Of a stretch of 64,000 nucleotides of DNA, positions 10,701 through 22,410 are shown one piece after another (position 1 is the first letter of the stretch; each line of letters starts with the position of its first letter). The position numbers and the translations under genes are program-made. The stretch covers positions 682,001 through 746,000 of the forward strand of contig OZ024744.1 in assembly GCA_964016885.1 (NCBI GenBank), read 5' to 3'. This DNA comes from Eledone cirrhosa. Taxonomy: Eukaryota. Under the pieces are notes generated by a model. It had not been told where the DNA came from. It saw only the letters and a program-made list of their open reading frames with translations, and did no database searches.

Positions 10701-13700
10701 GAAAGATAGCTTGATGAAGAACGAGGTTTTGAGGGAAGACAAGGTAGAGAAAGATAGCTTGGTGAAGAACGAAGTTTTGAGGGAAGACAAGGTAGAGAAA
10801 GATAGCTTGATGAAGAACGAAGTTTTGAGGGAAGACAAGGTAGAGAAAGATAGCTTGATGAAGTACGAAGTTTTGGGGGAAGACAAGGTAGAGAAAGATA
10901 GCTTGGTGAAGAACGAAGTTTTGAGGGAAGACAAGGTAGAGAAAGATAGCTTGATGAAGAACGAAGTTTTGAGGGAAGACAAGGTAGAGAAAGATAGCTT
11001 GGTGAAGAACGAAGTTTTCAGGGAAGACAAAGTATAGAAAGATAGCTTGGTGAAGAACGAAGTTTTGGGGGAAGACAATGTAGAGAAAGATAGCTTGATG
11101 AAGAACGAAGTTTTGGGGGAAGACAAGGTAGAGAAAGATAGCTTGGTGAAGAACGAAGTTTTGAGGGAAGACAAGGTAGAGAAAGATAGCTTGGTGAAGA
11201 ACGAAGTTTTGGGGGAAGACAAGGTAGAGAAAGATAGCTTGGTGAAGAACGAAGTTTTGAGGGAAGACAAGGTAGAGAAAGATAGCTTGGTGAAGAACGA
11301 AGTTTTGGGGGAAGACAAGGTACAGAAAGATAGCTTGGTGAAGAACGAAGTTTTGAGGGAAGACAAGGTAGAGAAAGGTAGTTGGTGAAGAACGAAATTT
11401 TGAGGGAAGACAAGGTAGAGAAAAATAGCTTGGTGAAGAACGACGTTTTGAGGGAAGACAAGGTATAGAAAGATAGCTTGGTGAAGAACGACATTTTCGG
11501 GGAAGAAAAGGTAGAGAAAGATAGCTTGGTGAAGAACAAAGTTTTGGGGGAAGACAAGGTAGAGAAAGATAGCTTGGTGAAGAACGAAGTATTGAGGGAA
11601 GACTCGGTAGAGAAAGATAGCTTGGTGAAGAACGAAGTTTTGAGGGAAGACAAGGTAGAGAAAGATAGCTTGGTGAAGAACGAGGTTTTGAGGGAAGACA
11701 ATGTAGAGAAAGATAGCTTGGTGAAGAACGAAGTTTTGGGGGAAGGCAAGGTAGAGAAAGATAGCTTGGTGAAGAACGAAGTTTTGGGGGATGACAAAGT
11801 AGAGAAAGATAGCTTGGTGAAGAACGAAGTTTTGGGGGAAGACAAGGTAGAGAAAGATAGCTTGATGAAGAACGAAGTTTTGGGGGAAGACAAGGAAGAG
11901 AAAGATAGCTTGGTGAAGAACGAAGTTTTGAGGGAAGACAAGGTAGAGAAAGATAGCTTGGTGAAGAACGAAGTTTTGGGGGAAGACAAGGTAGAGAAAG
12001 ATAGCTTGGTGAAGAACGAAGTTTTGCGGGAAGACAAGGTAGAGAAATATAGCTCGGTGAAGAACGAAGTTTTGAGGGAAGACAAGGTAGAGAAAGATAG
12101 ATTGGTGAAGAACGAAGTTTTGGGGGAAGACAAGGTAGAGAAAGATAGCTTGGTGAAGAACGAAGTTTTGAGGAAGACAAGGTAGAGAAAGATAGCTTGG
12201 TGAAGAACGAAGTTTTGGGGGAAGACAAGGTAGAGAAAGATAGCTTGGTGAAGAACGAAGTTTTGAGGGAAGACAAGGTAGAGAAAGATAGCTTGGTGAA
12301 GAACGACGTTTTGAGGGAAGACAAGGTAGAGAAAGATAGCTTGGTGAAGAACGAAGTTTTGGGGGAAGACAAGGTAGAGAAAGATAGCTTGATGAAGTAC
12401 GAAGTTTTGGGGGAAGACAAGGTAGAGAAAGATAGCTTGGTGAAGAACGACGTTTTGTGGGAAGACAAGGTAGAGAAACATAGTTGGTGAAGAACGAAGT
12501 TTTGAGGGAAGACAAGGTAGAGAAAGATAGCTTGATGAAGAACGAGGTTTTGAGGGAAGACAAGGTAGATAAAGATAGCTTGGTGAAGAACGAAGTTTTG
12601 AGGTAAGACAAGGTAGAGAAAGATAGATTGATGAAGAACGAAGTTTTGAGGGAAGACAAGGTAGAGAAAGATAGCTTGATGAAGTACGAAGTTTTGGGGG
12701 AAGACAAGGTAGAGAAAGATAGCTTGGTGAAGAACGAAGTTTTGAGGGAAGACAAGGTAGAGAAAGATAGCTTGATGAAGAACGAAGTTTTGAGGGAAGA
12801 CAAGGTAGAGAAAGATAGCTTGGTGAAGAACGAAGTTTTGAGGGAAGACAAAGTATAGAAAGATAGCTTGGTGAAGAACGAAGTTTTGGGGGAAGACAAT
12901 GTAGAGAAAGATAGCTTGATGAAGAACGAAGTTCTGGGGGAAGACAAGGTAGAGAAAGATAGCTTGGTGAAGAACGAAGTTTTGAGGGAAGACAAGGTAG
13001 AGAAAGATAGCTTGGTGAAGAACGAAGTTTTGGGGGAAGACAAGGTAGAGAAAGATAGCTTGGTGAAGAACGAAGTTTTGAGGGAATACAAGGTAGAGAA
13101 AGATAGCTTGGTGAAGAACGAAGTTTTGGGGGAAGACAAGGTAGAGAAAGATAGCTTGGTGAAGAACGAAGTTTTGAGGGAAGACAAGGTAGAGAAAGAT
13201 AGTTGGTGAAGAACGAAATTTTGAGGGAAGACAAGGTAGAGAAAAATAGCTTGGTGAAGAACGACGTTTTGAGGGAAGACAAGGTAGAGAAAGATAGCTT
13301 GGTGAAGAACGAAGTTTTGGGGGAAGACAAGGTAGAGAAAGATAGCTTGATGAAGTACGAAGTTTTGGGGGAAGACAAGGTAGAGAAAGATAGCTTGGTG
13401 AAGAACGACGTTTTGAGGGAAGACAAGGTAGAGAAAGCTAGCTTGGTGAAGAACGAAGTTTTGGGGGAAGACAAGGTAGAGAAAGATAGCTTGATGAAGT
13501 ACGAAGTTTTGGGGGAAGACAAGGTAGAGAAAGATAGCTTGGTGAAGAACGACGTTTTGTGGGAAGACAAGGTAGAGAAACATAGTTGGTGAAGAACGAA
13601 GTTTTGAGGGAAGACAAGGTAGAGAAAGATAGCTTGATGAAGAACGAAGTTTTGAGGGAAGACAAGGTAGAGAAAGATAGCTTGGTGAAGAACGAAGTTT

Positions 13701-16066
13701 TGAGGGAAGACAAGGTAGAGAAAGATAGCTTCATGAAGAACGAAGTTTTGAGGGAAGACAAGGTAGAGAAAGGTAGCTTGGTGAAGAACGAAGTTTTGAG
13801 GGTAGACAAAGTATAGAAAGATAGCTTGGTGAAGAACGAAGTTTTGGGGGAAGACAATGTAGAGAAAGATAGCTTGATGAAGAACGAAGTTTTGGGGGAA
13901 GACAAGGAAGAGAAAGATAGCTTGGTGAAGAACGAAGTTTTGAGGGAAGACAAGGTAGAGAAAGATAGCTTGGTGAAGAACGAAGTTTTGGGGGAAGACA
14001 AGGTAGAGAAAGATAGCTTGGTGAAGAACGAAGTTTTGCGGGAAGACAAGGTAGAGAAATATAGCTCGGTGAAGAACGAAGTTTTGAGGGAAGACAAGGT
14101 AGAGAAAGATAGCTTGGTGAAGAACGACGTTTTGGGGGAAGACAAGGTAGAGAAAGATAGCTTGGTGAAGAACGAAGTTTTGAGGAAGACAAGGTAGAGA
14201 AAGATAGCTTGGTGAAGAACGAAGTTTTGGGGGAAGACAAGGTAGAGAAAGATAGCTTGGTGAAGAACGAAGTTTTGAGGGAAGACAAGGTAGAGAAAGA
14301 TAGCTTGGTGAAGAACGACGTTTTGAGGGAACACAAGGTAGAGAAAGATAGCTTGGTGAAGAACGAAGTTTTGGGGGAAGACAAGGTAGAGAAAGATAGC
14401 TTGATGAAGTACGAGGTTTTGGGGGAAGACAAGGTAGAGAAAGATAGCTTGGTGAAGAACGACGTTTTGTGGGAAGACAAGGTAGAGAAACATAGTTGGT
14501 GAAGAACGAAGTTTTGAGGGAAGACAAGGTAGAGAAAGATAGCTTGATGAAGAACGAGGTTTTGAGGGAAGACAAGGTAGAGAAAGATAGCTTGGTGAAG
14601 AACGAAGTTTTGAGGGAAGACAAGGTAGAGAAAGATAGCTTGATGAAGAACGAAGTTTTGAGGGAAGACAAGGTAGAGAAAGATAGCTTGATGAAGTACG
14701 AAGTTTTGGGGGAAGACAAGGTAGAGAAAGATAGCTTGGTGAAGAACGAAGTTTTGAGGGAAGACAAGGTAGAGAAAGATAGCTTGATGAAGAACGAAGT
14801 TTTGAGGGAAGACAAGGTAGAGAAAGATAGCTTGGTGAAGAACGAAGTTTTCAGGGAAGACAAAGTATAGAAAGATAGCTTGGTGAAGAACGAAGTTTTG
14901 GGGGAAGACAATGTAGAGAAAGATAGCTTGATGAAGAACGAAGTTTTGGGGGAAGACAAGGTAGAGAAAGATAGCTTGGTGAAGAACGAAGTTTTGAGGG
15001 AAGACAAGGTAGAGAAAGATAGCTTGGTGAAGAACGAAGTTTTGGGGGAAGACAAGGTAGAGAAAGATAGCTTGGTGAAGAACGAAGTTTTGAGGGAAGA
15101 CAAGGTAGAGAAAGATAGCTTGGTGAAGAACGAAGTTTTGGGGGAAGACAAGGTAGAGAAAGATAGCTTGGTGAAGAACGAAGTTTTGAGGGAAGACAAG
15201 GTAGAGAAAGATAGTTGGTGAAGAACGAAATTTTGAGGGAAGACAAGGTAGAGAAAAATAGCTTGGTGAAGAACGACGTTTTGAGGGAAGACAAGGTATA
15301 GAAAGATAGCTTGGTGAAGAACGACGTTTTCGGGGAAGAAAAGGTAGAGAAAGATAGCTTGGTGAAGAACAAAGTTTTGGGGGAAGACAAGGTAGAGAAA
15401 GATAGCTTGGTGAAGAACGAAGTATTGAGGGAAGACTCGGTAGAGAAAGATAGCTTGGTGAAGAACGAAGTTTTGAGGGAAGACAAGGTAGAGAAAGATA
15501 GCTTGGTGAAGAACGAGGTTTTGAGGGAAGACAATGTAGAGAAAGATAGCTTGGTGAAGAACGAAGTTTTGGGGGAAGGCAAGGTAGAGAAAGATAGCTT
15601 GGTGAAGAACGAAGTTTTGGGGGATGACAAAGTAGAGAAAGATAGCTTGGTGAAGAACGAAGTTTTGGGGGAAGACAAGGTAGAGAAAGATAGCTTGATG
15701 AAGAACGAAGTTTTGGGGGAAGACAAGGTAGAGAAAGATAGCTTGATGAAGAACGAAGTTTTGGGGGAAGACAAGGAAGAGAAAGATAGCTTGGTGAAGA
15801 ACGAAGTTTTGAGGGAAGACAAGGTAGAGAAAGATAGCTTGGTGAAGAACGAAGTTTTGGGGGAAGACAAGGTAGAGAAAGATAGCTTGGTGAAGAACGA
15901 AGTTTTGCGGGAAGACAAGGTAGAGAAATATAGCTCGGTGAAGAACGAAGTTTTGAGGGAAGACAAGGTAGAGAAAGATAGATTGGTGAAGAACGAAGTT
16001 TTGGGGGAAGACAAGGTAGAGAAAGATAGCTTGGTGAAGAACGAAGTTTTGAGGAAGACAAGGTAG
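7740..16066. repeat. Higher-order repeat of about 76-80 monomers (period 3641-3833 bp), just over 2 tandem copies
   Basis: Landmarks 8508/12197, 8939/12628, 9179/12868 and 9514/13203 (offset 3689); 9753/13586, 9993/13826, 10376/14209, 10663/14496, 11047/14880 and 11478/15311 (offset 3833 = 80x48-7). Confidence 0.88.
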
Positions 16067-16604
16067 AGAAAGATAGCTTGGTGAAGAACGAAGTTTTGGG
16101 GGAAGACAAGGTAGAGAAAGATAGCTTGGTGAAGAACGAAGTTTTGAGGGAAGACAAGGTAGAGAAAGATAGCTTGGTGAAGAACGAAGTTTTGAGGGAA
16201 GACAAGGTAGAGAAAGATAGCTTGATGAAGAACGAAGTTTTGAGGGAAGACAAGGTAGAGAAAGATAGCTTGGTGAAGAACGAAGTTTTGAGGGAAGACA
16301 AAGTATAGAAAGATAGCTTGGTGAAGAACGAAGTTTTGGGGGAAGACAATGTAGAGAAAGATAGCTTGATGAAGAACGAAGTTTTGAGGGAAGACAAGGT
16401 AGAGAAAGATAGCTTGGTGAAGAACGAAGTTTTGGGGGAAGACAAGGTAGAGAAAGATAGCTTGGTGAAGAACGAAGTTTTGAGGGAAGACAAGGTAGAG
16501 AAAGATAGCTTGGTGAAGAACGAAGTTTTGGGGGAAGACAAGGTAGAGAAAGATAGCTTGGTGAAGAACGAAGTTTTGAGGGAAGACAAGGTAGAGAAAG
16601 ATAG

Positions 16605-19600
16605 TTGGTGAAGAACGAAATTTTGAGGGAAGACAAGGTAGAGAAAAATAGCTTGGTGAAGAACGACGTTTTGAGGGAAGACAAGGTATAGAAAGATAGC
16701 TTGGTGAAGAACGACGTTTTCGGGGAAGAAAAGGTAGAGAAAGATAGCTTGGTGAAGAACAAAGTTTTGGGGGAAGACAAGGTAGAGAAAGATAGCTTGG
16801 TGAAGAACGAAGTATTGAGGGAAGACTCGGTAGAGAAAGATAGCTTGGTGAAGAACGAAGTTTTGAGGGAAGACAAGGTAGAGAAAGATAGCTTGGTGAA
16901 GAACGAGGTTTTGAGGGAAGACAATGTAGAGAAAGATAGCTTGGTGAAGAACGAAGTTTTGGGGGAAGGCAAGGTAGAGAAAGATAGCTTGGTGAAGAAC
17001 GAAGTTTTGGGGGATGACAAAGTAGAGAAAGATAGCTTGGTGAAGAACGAAGTTTTGGGGGAAGACAAGGTAGAGAAAGATAGCTTGATGAAGAACGAAG
17101 TTTTGGGGGAAGACAAGGAAGAGAAAGATAGCTTGGTGAAGAACGAAGTTTTGAGGGAAGACAAGGTAGAGAAAGATAGCTTGGTGAAGAACGAAGTTTT
17201 GGGGGAAGACAAGGTAGAGAAAGATAGCTTGGTGAAGAACGAAGTTTTGCGGGAAGACAAGGTAGAGAAATATAGCTCGGTGAAGAACGAAGTTTTGAGG
17301 GAAGACAAGGTAGAGAAAGATAGATTGGTGAAGAACGAAGTTTTGGGGGAAGACAAGGTAGAGAAAGATAGCTTGGTGAAGAACGAAGTTTTGAGGAAGA
17401 CAAGGTAGAGAAAGATAGCTTGGTGAAGAACGAAGTTTTGGGGGAAGACAAGGTAGAGAAAGATAGCTTGGTGAAGAACGAAGTTTTGAGGGAAGACAAG
17501 GTAGAGAAAGATAGCTTGGTGAAGAACGACGTTTTGAGGGAAGACAAGGTAGAGAAAGATAGCTTGGTGAAGAACGAAGTTTTGGGGGAAGACAAGGTAG
17601 AGAAAGATAGCTTGATGAAGTACGAAGTTTTGGGGGAAGACAAGGTAGAGAAAGATAGCTTGGTGAAGAACGACGTTTTGTGGGAAGACAAGGTAGAGAA
17701 ACATAGTTGGTGAAGAACGAAGTTTTGAGGGAAGACAAGGTAGAGAAAGATAGCTTGATGAAGAACGAGGTTTTGAGGGAAGACAAGGTAGAGAAAGATA
17801 GCTTGGTGAAGAACGAAGTTTTGAGGTAAGACAAGGTAGAGAAAGATAGCTTGATGAAGAACGAAGTTTTGAGGGAAGACAAGGTAGAGAAAGATAGCTT
17901 GATGAAGTACGAAGTTTTGGGGGAAGACAAGGTAGAGAAAGATAGCTTGGTGAAGAACGAAGTTTTGAGGGAAGACAAGGTAGAGAAAGATAGCTTGATG
18001 AAGAACGAAGTTTTGAGGGAAGACAAGGTAGAGAAAGATAGCTTGGTGAAGAACGAAGTTTTGAGGGAAGACAAAGTATAGAAAGATAGCTTGGTGAAGA
18101 ACGAAGTTTTGGGGGAAGACAATGTAGAGAAAGATAGCTTGATGAAGAACGAAGTTTTGAGGGAAGACAAGGTAGAGAAAGATAGCTTGGTGAAGAACGA
18201 AGTTTTCAGGGAAGACAAAGTATAGAAAGATAGCTTGGTGAAGAACGAAGTTTTGGGGGAAGACAATGTAGAGAAAGATAGCTTGATGAAGAACGAAGTT
18301 TTGGGGGAAGACAAGGTAGAGAAAGATAGCTTGGTGAAGAACGAAGTTTTGAGGGAAGACAAGGTAGAGAAAGATAGCTTGGTGAAGAACGAAGTTTTGG
18401 GGGAAGACAAGGTAGAGAAAGATAGCTTGGTGAAGAACGAAGTTTTGAGGGAAGACAAGGTAGAGAAAGATAGCTTGGTGAAGAACGAAGTTTTGGGGGA
18501 AGACAAGGTAGAGAAAGATAGCTTGGTGAAGAACGAAGTTTTGAGGGAAGACAAGGTAGAGAAAGATAGTTGGTGAAGAACGAAATTTTGAGGGAAGACA
18601 AGGTAGAGAAAAATAGCTTGGTGAAGAACGACGTTTTGAGGGAAGACAAGGTATAGAAAGATAGCTTGGTGAAGAACGACGTTTTCGGGGAAGAAAAGGT
18701 AGAGAAAGATAGCTTGGTGAAGAACAAAGTTTTGGGGGAAGACAAGGTAGAGAAAGATAGCTTGGTGAAGAACGAAGTATTGAGGGAAGACTCGGTAGAG
18801 AAAGATAGCTTGGTGAAGAACGAAGTTTTGAGGGAAGACAAGGTAGAGAAAGATAGCTTGGTGAAGAACGAGGTTTTGAGGGAAGACAATGTAGAGAAAG
18901 ATAGCTTGGTGAAGAACGAAGTTTTGGGGGAAGGCAAGGTAGAGAAAGATAGCTTGGTGAAGAACGAAGTTTTGGGGGATGACAAAGTAGAGAAAGATAG
19001 CTTGGTGAAGAACGAAGTTTTGGGGGAAGACAAGGTAGAGAAAGATAGCTTGATGAAGAACGAAGTTTTGGGGGAAGACAAGGTAGAGAAAGATAGCTTG
19101 ATGAAGAACGAAGTTTTGGGGGAAGACAAGGAAGAGAAAGATAGCTTGGTGAAGAACGAAGTTTTGAGGGAAGACAAGGTAGAGAAAGATAGCTTGGTGA
19201 AGAACGAAGTTTTGGGGGAAGACAAGGTAGAGAAAGATAGCTTGGTGAAGAACGAAGTTTTGCGGGAAGACAAGGTAGAGAAATATAGCTCGGTGAAGAA
19301 CGAAGTTTTGAGGGAAGACAAGGTAGAGAAAGATAGATTGGTGAAGAACGAAGTTTTGGGGGAAGACAAGGTAGAGAAAGATAGCTTGGTGAAGAACGAA
19401 GTTTTGAGGAAGACAAGGTAGAGAAAGATAGCTTGGTGAAGAACGAAGTTTTGGGGGAAGACAAGGTAGAGAAAGATAGCTTGGTGAAGAACGAAGTTTT
19501 GAGGGAAGACAAGGTAGAGAAAGATAGCTTGGTGAAGAACGACGTTTTGAGGGAAGACAAGGTAGAGAAAGATAGCTTGGTGAAGAACGAAGTTTTGGGG

Positions 19601-22410
19601 GAAGACAAGGTAGAGAAAGATAGCTTGATGAAGTACGAAGTTTTGGGGGAAGACAAGGTAGAGAAAGATAGCTTGGTGAAGAACGACGTTTTGTGGGAAG
19701 ACAAGGTAGAGAAACATAGTTGGTGAAGAACGAAGTTTTGAGGGAAGACAAGGTAGAGAAAGATAGCTTGATGAAGAACGAGGTTTTGAGGGAAGACAAG
19801 GTAGAGAAAGATAGCTTGGTGAAGAACGAAGTTTTGAGGTAAGACAAGGTAGAGAAAGATAGCTTGATGAAGAACGAAGTTTTGAGGGAAGACAAGGTAG
19901 AGAAAGATAGCTTGATGAAGTACGAAGTTTTGGGGGAAGACAAGGTAGAGAAAGATAGCTTGGTGAAGAACGAAGTTTTGAGGGAAGACAAGGTAGAGAA
20001 AGATAGCTTGATGAAGAACGAAGTTTTGAGGGAAGACAAGGTAGAGAAAGATAGCTTGGTGAAGAACGAAGTTTTGAGGGAAGACAAAGTATAGAAAGAT
20101 AGCTTGGTGAAGAACGAAGTTTTGGGGGAAGACAATGTAGAGAAAGATAGCTTGATGAAGAACGAAGTTTTGAGGGAAGACAAGGTAGAGAAAGATAGCT
20201 TGGTGAAGAACGAAGTTTTCAGGGAAGACAAAGTATAGAAAGATAGCTTGGTGAAGAACGAAGTTTTGGGGGAAGACAATGTAGAGAAAGATAGCTTGAT
20301 GAAGAACGAAGTTTTGGGGGAAGACAAGGTAGAGAAAGATAGCTTGGTGAAGAACGAAGTTTTGAGGGAAGACAAGGTAGAGAAAGATAGCTTGGTGAAG
20401 AACGAAGTTTTGGGGGAAGACAAGGTAGAGAAAGATAGCTTGGTGAAGAACGAAGTTTTGAGGGAAGACAAGGTAGAGAAAGATAGCTTGGTGAAGAACG
20501 AAGTTTTGGGGGAAGACAAGGTAGAGAAAGATAGCTTGGTGAAGAACGAAGTTTTGAGGGAAGACAAGGTAGAGAAAGATAGTTGGTGAAGAACGAAATT
20601 TTGAGGGAAGACAAGGTAGAGAAAAATAGCTTGGTGAAGAACGACGTTTTGAGGGAAGACAAGGTATAGAAAGATAGCTTGGTGAAGAACGACGTTTTCG
20701 GGGAAGAAAAGGTAGAGAAAGATAGCTTGGTGAAGAACAAAGTTTTGGGGGAAGACAAGGTAGAGAAAGATAGCTTGGTGAAGAACGAAGTATTGAGGGA
20801 AGACTCGGTAGAGAAAGATAGCTTGGTGAAGAACGAAGTTTTGAGGGAAGACAAGGTAGAGAAAGATAGCTTGGTGAAGAACGAGGTTTTGAGGGAAGAC
20901 AATGTAGAGAAAGATAGCTTGGTGAAGAACGAAGTTTTGGGGGAAGGCAAGGTAGAGAAAGATAGCTTGGTGAAGAACGAAGTTTTGGGGGATGACAAAG
21001 TAGAGAAAGATAGCTTGGTGAAGAACGAAGTTTTGGGGGAAGACAAGGTAGAGAAAGATAGCTTGATGAAGAACGAAGTTTTGGGGGAAGACAAGGAAGA
21101 GAAAGATAGCTTGGTGAAGAACGAAGTTTTGAGGGAAGACAAGGTAGAGAAAGATAGCTTGGTGAAGAACGAAGTTTTGGGGGAAGACAAGGTAGAGAAA
21201 GATAGCTTGGTGAAGAACGAAGTTTTGCGGGAAGACAAGGTAGAGAAATATAGCTCGGTGAAGAACGAAGTTTTGAGGGAAGACAAGGTAGAGAAAGATA
21301 GATTGGTGAAGAACGAAGTTTTGGGGGAAGACAAGGTAGAGAAAGATAGCTTGGTGAAGAACGAAGTTTTGAGGAAGACAAGGTAGAGAAAGATAGCTTG
21401 GTGAAGAACGAAGTTTTGGGGGAAGACAAGGTAGAGAAAGATAGCTTGGTGAAGAACGAAGTTTTGAGGGAAGACAAGGTAGAGAAAGATAGCTTGGTGA
21501 AGAACGACGTTTTGAGGGAAGACAAGGTAGAGAAAGATAGCTTGGTGAAGAACGAAGTTTTGGGGGAAGACAAGGTAGAGAAAGATAGCTTGATGAAGTA
21601 CGAAGTTTTGGGGGAAGACAAGGTAGAGAAAGATAGCTTGGTGAAGAACGACGTTTTGTGGGAAGACAAGGTAGAGAAACATAGTTGGTGAAGAACGAAG
21701 TTTTGAGGGAAGACAAGGTAGAGAAAGATAGCTTGATGAAGAACGAGGTTTTGAGGGAAGACAAGGTAGAGAAAGATAGCTTGGTGAAGAACGAAGTTTT
21801 GAGGTAAGACAAGGTAGAGAAAGATAGCTTGATGAAGAACGAAGTTTTGAGGGAAGACAAGGTAGAGAAAGATAGCTTGATGAAGTACGAAGTTTTGGGG
21901 GAAGACAAGGTAGAGAAAGATAGCTTGGTGAAGAACGAAGTTTTGAGGGAAGACAAGGTAGAGAAAGATAGCTTGATGAAGAACGAAGTTTTGAGGGAAG
22001 ACAAGGTAGAGAAAGATAGCTTGGTGAAGAACGAAGTTTTGAGGGAAGACAAAGTATAGAAAGATAGCTTGGTGAAGAACGAAGTTTTGGGGGAAGACAA
22101 TGTAGAGAAAGATAGCTTGATGAAGAACGAAGTTCTGGGAGAAGACAAGGTAGAGAAAGATAGCTTGGTGAAGAACGAAGTTTTGAGGGAAGACAAGGTA
22201 GAGAAAGATAGCTTGGTGAAGAACGAAGTTTTGGGGGAAGACAAGGTAGAGAAAGATAGCTTGGTGAAGAACGAAGTTTTGAGGGAAGACAAGGTAGAGA
22301 AAGATAGCTTGGTGAAGAACGAAGTTTTGGGGGAAGACAAGGTAGAGAAAGATAGCTTGGTGAAGAACGAAGTTTTGAGGGAAGACAAGGTAGAGAAAGA
22401 TAGTTGGTGA
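16605..22410. repeat. Higher-order repeat of 41-42 monomers (1965/2013 bp), about 3 tandem copies
   Basis: Landmarks 16701/18666/20679, 17420/19433/21398 and 17851/19864/21829. 1965 = 41x48-3 and 2013 = 42x48-3; the middle copy has one extra ATG-type monomer. Confidence 0.9.

Noticed and set aside
11485-11500. CpG-decay signature of methylation
   Set aside because: Only a few CpG>CpA changes (~11492, ~37983, ~44014, and the AACAAA monomer), and I noticed no AATGAA. That is too few to infer methylation state.
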